Below are positions 1 through 9,500 of a stretch of DNA of 14,537 nucleotides, piece after piece. The notes below the pieces were generated by a model that worked only from the letters and a program-made list of their open reading frames with translations, did no database searches and was not told the DNA's origin. How positions within the stretch are numbered: position 1 is the stretch's first letter; each line of letters opens with the position of its first letter. Source of the DNA: Octopus sinensis (lineage: Eukaryota); assembly GCF_006345805.1 (NCBI RefSeq), contig NW_021825801.1:1-14537 (forward strand), read 5' to 3'. Made by a program: the position numbers and the translations under genes.

Positions 1-2161
1 AAGATGTGAACGAGGACAGGTGAGGTCCCTCCTGAACCTCATAAACACCCTGTACATGGAGCAAGTAATACTCCAACCAACCAGGGCAGGTAACACACTG
101 GATCTCTGCTTCACAAATAATATGGATCTCATCCATAATGTGAAAGTGACACCGACACTACTCTCGGATCACAACATGGTAGAGCTGACCATGTACGGGC
201 CAAAGAGAGCACGGACATGCAGCCTACAAGAAACCCTCAGAATCTTTCCAGCTTCAACTACCATAAGGCAAACTGGAAACAAATTGAGAAAGAGATCCTC
301 AAACAAAACTGGCCTAAATGTCTCTCCTCGCCAGACATCGACGTGAAACTTCAACAATTCATGTCTGTAATGCAAGCCATATGCTACAAATGTGTCCCAG
401 AGAGAAAGGCCACTGTACACAAGAACAAAATCCCCAGAGAGAGGAAAATTTTAATGAGACAGCGTACAAAAATTTCAAATCGCCTAAACAAACAGATTGA
501 AAGCAGTGAAAAGTCCCGCCTGAAAATAAAACTGTTGGAAATTGAAAATGTCTGCAACTCTCCCGTGAAAAGGAAAGAGCACACAAAGAAGCCTGGGCTA
601 TAAACAACATAAAATCTAACCCCAGAGCTTTCTACAGGTATGCCAAAGAAACAGCTACGGTGCACTGTAGGATAGGGCCACTCCTTGAAAAGGATGGCAC
701 ACTTACAGGAAAACCAATGAGGGTAAGTGAAATACTGAATGAGCAATTCAAAAGCGTTTTCACTCCACCCCTCGGGCATTTCCAAATCACCAATCCAACT
801 GACTTCTTTACCACTGCAGATATAAAATCAGAGACGGCGACGATAAATTACATCGATATAAAGGAAGACGATGTAATAAAGGCCATAGATGAAATGAAAA
901 CAGACTCAGCTATTGGCCCCGATGGATTCCCGGCAATCCTCCTAAAAGTATGTAAGAGAGTCCTAGCAAGACCACTGCAGATCCTCTTTCAGAGCTTCCT
1001 TGCAGCTGGCAAACTTCCAAAAAAACTGAAGGAAGGTAAAATATGCCCTATTCATAAAGGAGGTAGCAGAGCAGAGGCCAAGAACTACAGACCTATCTCT
1101 CTGACCTCACACATCAGCAAGGTCATGGAACGAATAGTCAGAAGGAAACTAATCACCTTCCTTGAAGAAAATGACTTGCTGCCTGACACCCAAACTGGTT
1201 TCCGACCAGGAAGAAGCTGCTTAACTCAGCTCCTACAACACTATGACTGGGTGCTGAAACAACTGCTCAACCACTCAAATGTGGAAGTCATATATCTCGA
1301 CTTTGCAAAGGCCTTTGATAAAGTCGATCATGGAATGATATGTCACAAACTGCGTGATCTTGGCATAGTTGGAAAATTGGGAGAATGGCTTCATGACTTT
1401 CTGAAGAATAGAAGTCAGGTGGTAGCAGCCAATGGGGCCACTTCCACTAACACGCAAATAGTGAGCAGATGGATTCTCAGAACCTTCAGAACAAGAGAAC
1501 AAGAAACCATGATGGTCCTCTGGAAGACACTTGTCCTAAGCCACTTTGACTATTGCTCTCATTTATGGTCACCATCCAGCGTCAAGTTGATCACAGAACT
1601 CGAGGCGATCCATCGTAGCTACACGAAGAAGACAGCCTCTATGCAGAATGTAAGCTACTGGGAAAGACTCAAGAGATTAAAACTATATTCCTTGGAGCGT
1701 AGGCGGGAAAAATATGCCATAATATACATCTGGAAGATCCTGGAGGGACGTGTCCCGAACTTTGGCATCGAGAGTTACACAAATGCCAGAACTGGGTGCC
1801 ACTGCGTGGTGCCTAGGACTCCAAATTTGCCATCAAGATGTAGGACAAGATACTGTGATAGCGTGGGCTTCCGAGGCCCACAGCTCTTCAATATCCTCCC
1901 GAAGAACCTAAGAAATCTGCATGGGGTGGATGCAGATGTCTTTAAAATGAAACTGGATCTCCTCCTATCAGGTGTCCCAGATGAACCAACTTCACAGCAG
2001 GAGGTGCAGATGAGGGCAGCTGCATCGAACTCTCTCATGCACCAAATGGCAGTCGCTAAAAAGCTTTCGTGAAGTAAAACTGTGTAGCAACACCAAATGG
2101 CGGTGCCTCAGCATGGCCACAGCTCAATGAGCTGAAACTAAAATCAATCAATCAATCAATC
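1..2161 (+). mobile_element. Non-LTR retrotransposon (LINE, CR1/L2-group), copy 1; 5' part lies outside the window; RT core missing
   Basis: APE endonuclease C-terminal motifs PTRAGNTLDLCFT and LSDHNMV. Linker IKSNPRAFYRYA. RT motifs GPDG, PIHKGG...NYRPISLTS, QTGFRPGRSC and YLDFAKAFDKVDH. C-terminal LERRRE.YAIIYIWKILEG. Stop at 2070-2072, short 3' UTR, (AATC)n tail at about 2142-2161. Confidence 0.95.
2..2072 (+). pseudogene. Disrupted LINE ORF2 (endonuclease-reverse transcriptase)
   Basis: Stitches across ORFs 20-346, 217-603 and 546/660-2072 by two -1 frameshifts (about 200-217, and the A-run at 545-548) with no internal stop. At 1466/1467 the protein jumps in frame from ...TQIVS to RWILRTF, so GVPQG and the catalytic YADD are absent. 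Confidence 0.9.
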
Positions 2162-2226
2162 ATGTATATATATGTATATATATATATATATGTATATGTA
2201 TATATATGTATATATATATGTAATAT

Positions 2227-2257
<31 letters not shown>

Positions 2258-2352
2258 GTGTATATATATATGTATATATAAATATGTATATGTATATATA
2301 TAAATATGTATATGTATATATATAAATATGTATATGTATATATATAAATATG

Positions 2353-2421
<69 letters not shown>

Positions 2422-2605
2422 GTATATATATGTATATATTATATATATATGTATATATATATGTATGTATATATATATATATGTATTTATATATATATGT
2501 ATAAATGAAAGATCTCTGCCCTATGTGTATATATATATATGTATATGTATATATATATGTATATATATATATATGTATATAATATGTAATATATATATAT
2601 ATATA
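2162..2605. repeat. Degenerate (TA)n/(TATG)n microsatellite with a 4 x 22 bp minisatellite at 2280-2367
   Basis: Read directly. The unit AAATATGTATATGTATATATAT starts at 2280, 2302, 2324 and 2346. Interruptions are G on the + strand. Confidence 0.95.
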
Positions 2606-3710
2606 TGATTTTGATTTTGATTTTTCCAGTTTCAGCTAATGAGCTGTGGCCATGCTGGGGCACCGCCATTTGGTTTGGTACACGATTTTACCTCACGGAT
2701 GCTTTTTAGCAAACGCCATCTGATGCATGAGAGAGTTCGATGCAGCTGCCCTCATCTGCACCTCCTGCCGTGAAGTTGGTTCATCCGGGACACCTGACAG
2801 GAAGAGATCCAGTCCTACTTTAAAGACATCTGCATCCACACCATGCAGGTCCCTCAGGTTCTTCGGGAGGATATTGAAGAGCTGTGGGCCTCTGAAGCCC
2901 AGGCTATCACAATATCTTGTCCTACATCTTGATGGCAAATTTGGAGTCCTTGGTACTACGCAGTGGCGTCCGGTTCTGGCATTTGTGTGACTCTCGATGC
3001 TAAAGTCTGGGACAAGTCATTCCAGGATCTTCCAGATATATATTATGGCATATCTTTCTCGCCTACGCCCCAGGGAATAGAGCTTTAATCTCTTGAGTCT
3101 TTCCCAGTAGCTCATATGTTGCACAGAGGCTATCTTCTTCGTGTAGCTTCGTTGGATCGCCTCAAGTTCTGTGATCGACTTGACACTGGATGGTGACCAT
3201 AGCTGAGAGCAATAGTCAAAGTGGCTTAGGACAAGTGTCTTCCAGAGGACCATCATGGTTTCTTGTTCTCTTGTCTAAAGGTTCTAAGAATCCATCCAGC
3301 CAGCCCCACCGTCTACATTTCATTGCCAGTTTAGCAACATGTACATGAAAGGTTGCGTCATCACTATGTGAATTCCAAGGTCCGCACTGATTGTGCCTCT
3401 GGGATTGCTATTACTCCGGGTCCAGTTCCAGTGTATTCATTGTGTATTGCATTTAGTTTTGCATGTGATAGTATAAAGCTTGAAACTTTTCAGTATTGAA
3501 CTGCATGCTATTCTTTTCAGCCCACTTGTATATTTTGTCCAGCTCACATTGCAGGCGTTAGTGTCCTCAGGTTCTGTATTGCCTGTGAAACTTTTGTATC
3601 ATCTGCATAACTTGTGATCGTGGCTCTCTGCGTGGCTGAGGGCATGTCTGAGAGGGCCATTATGAACAGTAGTGGTCCCAAAACAGTGCCCTGCGGAACA
3701 CCGCTCACTA
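2606..3710 (-). mobile_element. CR1/L2-group LINE, copy 2; 5'-truncated; same family as copy 1
   Basis: The minus strand reads VSGVPQGTVLGPLLF (GVPQG at 3688-3702), SYADDTK (YADD at 3598-3609), GWILR and MMVLWKTLVLSHFDYCS. Premature TGA at 3017-3019, several frameshifts, stop at 2693-2695, same 3' UTR as copy 1, (AAAATC)n tail at 2606-2625. Roughly 90% identical by eye to 1467-2140. Confidence 0.95.
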
Positions 3711-3730
3711 CTTATATACCAATATATATA

Positions 3731-3820
3731 CATCCTGGCTTCCCATTTCCTGAGCGCCTATTAATAATAATACTGTAATTTCCATTGTTGTTGTTTTTTT
3801 GTTTCCCGTTTGGATTAAAA
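3731..3820 (+). repeat. Fragment of a short interspersed repeat related, in opposite orientation, to 7631-7805
   Basis: The reverse complement TATTATTAATAGGCGCTCAGGAAATGGGAAG resembles TGTATTATCAGACGCTCAGGAAAGGAAAG at 7672-7700. Both have an A/C-rich AAACAA stretch next to (TA)n. Confidence 0.5.
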
Positions 3821-3822
3821 TT

Positions 3823-3861
3823 ATATATAATATATATATACATATATATATATATACATAT

Positions 3862-3893
<32 letters not shown>

Positions 3894-4034
3894 ATATATA
3901 TATATATTATATATATATATATATACATATAATATATATACATATATATATATATAATACATATATATATATTTACATATATGTATACATACAATATATA
4001 TACATACATATATAATACATACATATATATATAC

Positions 4035-4067
<33 letters not shown>

Positions 4068-5077
4068 CATACATATATATATACATACATATATATATAC
4101 ATACATATATATATACTACATATATATATACATACATATATATATAATATATATATATCTATACCTATATATATACATATTATATATATATAACATATAT
4201 ATATATACATATATATATATACATATATATATATACATATATATAATATATATACATATAATATATACATATAGTATCTTATCAGATATGTATAAATACA
4301 TAATGTATATATACATATAATATACATATAATATATACATATATGTATATTTATACTAATCTATTTAATATACATATATGTATATATACATATATATATA
4401 TATAATATATATATATATATACATATATATCTACATATATAACATATATATATACATACATATATACATATTATACATATATACATATATATATAAAATA
4501 TCAATATATAATATACATATATATATACATCTATTAATATACAATATATATACATTTATATCTATATATACATATATATATATACTATATATATGTATAA
4601 TATATATATACATATATTATATATATACTATATATATCACATATATATACATATTATATACATATATATATATATATACATATATATATACATATAATAT
4701 ACATATATAATATACATATATATATACATATATATATACATATATATTCCTATATAACTATATATATTATTACATATATACTATCATATATATATATTAC
4801 TATATATATAATACATATATATATACATATATATATATAGATATACATATATATATATATATACATATACCTATATATATACATATATATATACATATAT
4901 ATATACTTATACATATATATATACATATATATATATATAATCCACATATATATACATATATATATATATATACATATATTATACATATATATATATATAT
5001 TAATATATATATTAATTATAACATATATATATATATACAACTATATATATATATATATATATATCAATATATTATAC

Positions 5078-5108
<31 letters not shown>

Positions 5109-5333
5109 CATATATATATCTACATTAATATATATGCATATATTATTACATAATATATACATACATATATATCCATACATATATAATATACATCAATTAT
5201 ATAAATACATATAATAATACATACATTATATATATACATAGATATATATATCAACATATATATATATACATATATATATATACAATATATATACATATAT
5301 ATATACATATATATATACATATAATATATATAC

Positions 5334-5364
<31 letters not shown>

Positions 5365-5571
5365 CATATTATATACATATATATATACATATATATATAC
5401 ATTTTTATATCACATATAATATATAATATATACAAATATATATAATATATACATATATATATACATTTTTTATATACACATATTATATATATATTATACA
5501 CATATATATATATATACATATAATATATATATATATATATATACATATATATAATACATATATATATATAC

Positions 5572-5618
<47 letters not shown>

Positions 5619-5946
5619 CATTATATATTACATCTATATCTATATACAATATACATATATATATACATATTATATATATACATATATATATATTACATAC
5701 ATATATATACATATATATATATACATACATATTATACATATATATATATCTACATATATATATATATATATTATTATATTAATATATATATATAATACAT
5801 ATATTATACTATATATATACATCTATATATAACATATATATATATACATATATATATATATACATATATATATTACCTATATATATATATACTATATATA
5901 TAGATACATATATATAATATACTAATATATATATACATACATATAC

Positions 5947-5978
<32 letters not shown>

Positions 5979-6650
5979 ACATATATTATATATATATAAT
6001 ATATATACATATATATATACATATATATATATATACAATATATTAATATACATATATATATATATACTATTATATATATATACATATATAGATATATACA
6101 TATATATATATACATTATATAATATAGACTATATTATAATATATATATATATAAATATATATATATAATATAGATATTACATATATATATATATAAATAT
6201 TATATATATAAATATATATAATATACATATATATATATAAATATATATATATATACATATAATATATATAATATATACTATATATATATATAATATATAT
6301 ATATATATATAATATAAAAATATATATAAATATATATATATTATATATATATTATATAAATATATAGATAATATATATATATATATAAATATATATATAT
6401 TATATATATAATATATATATAATATATATATATAGATATATATAATATAATATATATAATAATATATATAATATATAAATATAATATATGAATATATATA
6501 ATATATTATATATATATATAAATTATTTAATATATAATAAATATATATATAATATTATATAAATATATATATATATATTTATTATATATATATATAAATA
6601 TATAATATAGAATATATAAATATATATATATAATTATATATATAAATATT
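3823..6650. repeat. About 2.8 kb degenerate (TA)n/(TACA)n array
   Basis: Almost purely alternating TA with C interruptions on the + strand up to about 6280, then nearly pure A/T. Confidence 0.97.
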
Positions 6651-6953
6651 ATTGGTGAATTGAAGAATGAAGAAATGGAGCTGAACGCCGATTGAACAGA
6701 AAATCGTTTTATTTCATTCTACAACGTGTTTCGAAAGGCACAAATTACCAAAATCCGATGCGTTCAGCTCCATTCTCTTCAATTCACCAAAATGTTTTAA
6801 TTTCAATTATCCGCACCAACGCACGGTTTGGCAACGCCAGAGGGTTGTACCTCCAACCGTGCTGTTCACTGCTGTGATTTTTTGCTACTAAGGTTATCGG
6901 TTAAACTTTTGATTGATTAATCTACTACAAGATTATTCATCTTTCTATTTCAC
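6651..6953 (-). mobile_element. About 300 bp non-coding (TA)n-inserted element A (Penelope pLTR/retrozyme-like) with a half hammerhead and an internal inverted duplication
   Basis: Homologous at both ends to 7229-7520 (AATGAAGAAATGGAG.., CAACCGTG, TATCGGTTAA, GAT.ATTCAT). The minus strand has GAAAC-ACGTT-GTA (6732-6720) followed by AATAAA (6713-6708). Inverted repeat at 6652-6688 / 6760-6790. Confidence 0.65.
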
Positions 6954-6984
<31 letters not shown>

Positions 6985-6994
6985 AATATATATA

Positions 6995-7041
<47 letters not shown>

Positions 7042-7130
7042 GATATATATATATATATAAAATATATATATATATATATAATATAATATTATATACATAT
7101 ATATATATATAAATTATATATATATATTAC

Positions 7131-7191
<61 letters not shown>

Positions 7192-7198
7192 ATATATA

Positions 7199-7228
<30 letters not shown>
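6954..7228. repeat. (TA)n microsatellite
   Basis: Read directly. Confidence 0.97.
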
Positions 7229-7229
<1 letters not shown>

Positions 7230-7515
7230 AATGAAAGAATGGAGTCGAACGACGATTTTAACAAAATTCTTTTATTCTCGACATATGTTTCGAAGACTGC
7301 ATATTCTTAATTCGGAAGGAATAATGGGTGCCTTATGCCGCCTTCTCATCAGAAGACAAGGAACTTATGTCAGCATCATGACGAACAAAAACTATTAGAT
7401 GACTGCACAAACAAAACATACAAATTTTTCACCGAAAGCTTCAACCGTGTTTTCTGACATGAATTTGCTCCCGGATATCGGTTAACCGAATATCCATACT
7501 AGGATAATTCATTCA

Positions 7516-7520
<5 letters not shown>
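7229..7520 (-). mobile_element. About 290 bp non-coding (TA)n-inserted element B carrying a complete hammerhead motif (Penelope pLTR/retrozyme-like)
   Basis: Flanked by (TA)n on both sides, no ORF in the track, diverged homolog of element A, contains a hammerhead followed by AATAAA on the minus strand. Confidence 0.7.
7276..7356 (-). ncRNA. Type I hammerhead ribozyme motif
   Basis: Minus strand: stem I UCUU, core CUGAUGA (7352-7346), stem II GAAGGCGGCAUA, 30-nt loop, UAUGCAGUCUUC (11/12 pairs), GAAAC, AUAU, GUC, then GAGA. Stem III is the palindrome ACAUAUGU. Predicted cut between 7280 and 7279. AAUAAA at 7276-7271. Confidence 0.85.
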
Positions 7521-7554
<34 letters not shown>

Positions 7555-7557
7555 ATC

Positions 7558-7588
<31 letters not shown>

Positions 7589-7630
7589 ATATCTTATATA
7601 TATATATATTTTTATATATATATAAATATA
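7521..7630. repeat. (TA)n microsatellite
   Basis: Read directly. Confidence 0.95.
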
Positions 7631-7805
7631 TAGTAAACCAACAAAGAAGAACAAACATGAAAAAACAGCAATGTATTATCAGACGCTCAGGAAAGGAAAG
7701 GAAGATCGTTAAACGCTTCAAGCAAAGCTCATTTTCAGAAATAGAGGGAAGTTCAAGAGAAGGGAAAAGGAAGGAAGAAAATTGCCAATGATTCACATGT
7801 GTTTA
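7631..7805 (-). mobile_element. About 175 bp (TA)n-inserted element C with a degenerate minimal hammerhead
   Basis: Flanked by (TA)n. Minus strand 7742-7707 reads AUUU-CUGAAAA-U-GAGC-UUU-GCUU-GAAG-CGUUU-AACG, which is hammerhead layout with core substitutions. A related fragment lies at 3731-3820. Confidence 0.5.
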
Positions 7806-8067
7806 TTATATATATATATAATACGAGGGAATATTCAAAATTTAAGGGAAAAATTCAATTTAGAAATACTAAATCAAATTTCACAAAATATAATATATAT
7901 ATATAAATTAGAAAAAAAACCCACTTTTTATCAATTCGATAATGAAAAATTATATTATACCATTTAGAAAAATTACATCTTATAGAAAGATTAAATATAA
8001 GATAAAACATATAACAATGATTAAGTAATGTGCAAAATAGTAAATAAAGCGTACATATTTGGTAGAA

Positions 8068-8168
8068 TAACGACACATGTTTCGTGGCTATATTTAAGAA
8101 ATAATAATAATAATAATAATAATAATAGTAAAATCATTCCAATATAAATATAGCCACTCTTCAGGTTA
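8068..8168 (-). ncRNA. Type I hammerhead ribozyme motif with a microsatellite in loop II
   Basis: Minus strand: stem I UAAC, core CUGAAGA (8164-8158), stem II GUGGCUAUAUUUA, 48-nt loop containing about (UUA)9, UAAAUAUAGCCAC (13/13 Watson-Crick pairs), GAAAC, AUGU, GUC, then GUUA. Predicted cut between 8072 and 8071. Confidence 0.88.
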
Positions 8169-8299
8169 AAGATAAAAATAAAATAATTAATTAGATAAAT
8201 TAATAAATATACATGAAAAATCTTGTAAAATAGGAAATATCTTAACAAATATATTCTTGTTTAAATAAAAAAAAATAGAATAAAAAATAAGATACAATT

Positions 8300-8950
8300 A
8301 ACTAGAAGGGTCATATAGCTTAGAGGACAACTGGAAGTTTCTGCAGGATAATTTACTGGGTGCCATTGAGCAAATCTTTGTGGCTGATGTAAAGTCCCAA
8401 CTAGACTGAGGTGACATGGAGATGGAACAATGAGGGGGACAATGTTATAAAAGCAAAGATACAGGCCTGGAAAGACTGGAAAAACAGTGAAAGCAGAGCA
8501 TTATATCAGGGAGCCAGAAGGTGGGGGCTAGGCAACAGGTTTCCATAGCAAAAGGAATAGCAAAAGCTAAGAAGTTTACAGCCTGAGGATCAGAGATGTG
8601 AGGTGTTCAGGATTGCAAAGCAGTGTATCAGAGAGAATAGAGATGTGGTGGGTAAGAAATATGTTTGAATGGGTAATGGTATGATTGTGCTTAGTGACTC
8701 AAAGAAGAAAGATGCATGGAGATGCCATTATGAAAGGTTTTTAAATGTGGAGAATGATTGGGAAGAATCTTTCAGATGTCAAACCAATTGAGGGACCAGC
8801 CATCAGAGTTGATAGCAGAATAATAGATAAGGCAATTAAGGATATGAAAGCTGGGAAAGCACCTGAACCATCAGGTAACCTTGTATAGATGATTAAAATA
8901 TTCGACAGTGTGGGATACAGCATAGTCACTTGCATAGTTAATCAGGTTAG
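8300..8950 (+). mobile_element. Decayed RTE-clade LINE fragment (endonuclease-RT linker up to the start of RT)
   Basis: Piecewise translation gives VTWRWNNE (8411-8434, the RTE TWWWN motif), EVFRIAKQCIRENRDVVG, AWRCHYERFLNVEN (from 8714) and KAIKDMKAGKAPEPSG (from 8829). Multiple stops and frameshifts. Boundaries are approximate. Confidence 0.85.
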
Positions 8951-9500
8951 TTAAACATAGACACAACATATCAGTCATAGCATTTGAAAAACATATTTTG
9001 AAAATAAGTAATAAATCATAGAATAGTGAAGGAACCCTAACAAATAATTGAAAATAATAATGTTTAAGATGACACACACTATTACAACTACAGAAACAGT
9101 GAAAAAGTCACCATAAGAGAGGTAGTATTAATCAATGTAGTACACAAACCCCACTATACAGCAGCTGACCACCTGTTAGGTTCAGAATTTATTGAGAGCG
9201 GGGTCTTCAATGAAATAGAATCTGCAGAATGAATGGCAAATAAATCCACCACCACCCCACCCCGATCCCCATATTACAATCATCACCTACCTCCCACTAC
9301 CAAGTACATACAGAAATACTCACATAGCTAGATTGGCCTTCATACTGGCAAGAAAGGATAAACATCCCTCTGTGATTCATCCAATTATACAGTATCATCT
9401 GATGAAATGGATCAATGATGATGCCCACGGATAATACAGACTATACTGTACAAATCATCTGATCTGTGGAAACATACATAGCGATGTATTAAATATTTAT
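8951..9500 (+). mobile_element. Possible decayed 3' end of a Penelope-like element
   Basis: Weak peptide remnants (SI.KHI, NH, QIIENN, KVTIREVVLI..KP) recall the C-terminus of the PLE GIY-YIG endonuclease (H..H..I.E.L.I...P). A same-strand decayed hammerhead and ATTAAA follow. The segment begins where the RTE homology stops. Confidence 0.4.
9393..9486 (+). ncRNA. Decayed type I hammerhead ribozyme motif
   Basis: UAUCAU, core CUGAUGA (9399-9405), A, AUGGAUCA-AUGAU ... AUCAU-C-UGAUCUGU, G, GAAAC (9469-9473), AUAC, AUA, GCGAUG. Stem II has 13 pairs including G-U. Stems I and III are imperfect. ATTAAA at 9488-9493. Confidence 0.6.

Noticed and set aside
660-2072. 470-aa ORF as a functional RT or a novel short RT
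   Set aside because: It lacks GVPQG and the catalytic YADD, and the GTG start is mid-element. It is a rearranged LINE ORF2 fragment.
2501-2525. Unique island AAATGAAAGATCTCTGCCC in (TA)n that starts like element B
   Set aside because: Only about 10 AT-rich bases match, which is not enough to call a truncated copy.
1775-2990. Paired 87-aa ORFs MREFDAAALIC... (1775-2038 -, 2727-2990 +)
   Set aside because: They are antisense shadows of the two LINE copies; their similarity only reflects the duplication.
2420-6115. Many Y/I/M/C-rich ORFs in the track (2420-2669 and 3785-6115)
   Set aside because: They are translations of (TA)n microsatellite, which lacks stop codons by composition.
6651-7820. 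Repeat-spacer alternation resembling a CRISPR array
   Set aside because: The repeats are variable-length (TA)n and the spacers are 175-300 bp elements. The context is eukaryotic and there are no cas genes.
7822-7850. TA-CGAGGG...TTCAAAA resembling a Tc1/mariner TIR start
   Set aside because: No matching inverted end or transposase remnant was found, and the match is too short.
1401-8590. Other CTGANGA heptamers (1401, 8583, and 3565-3571 on the minus strand)
   Set aside because: They lie within LINE coding remnants, and I saw no stem II-GAAA-stem III arrangement after them.
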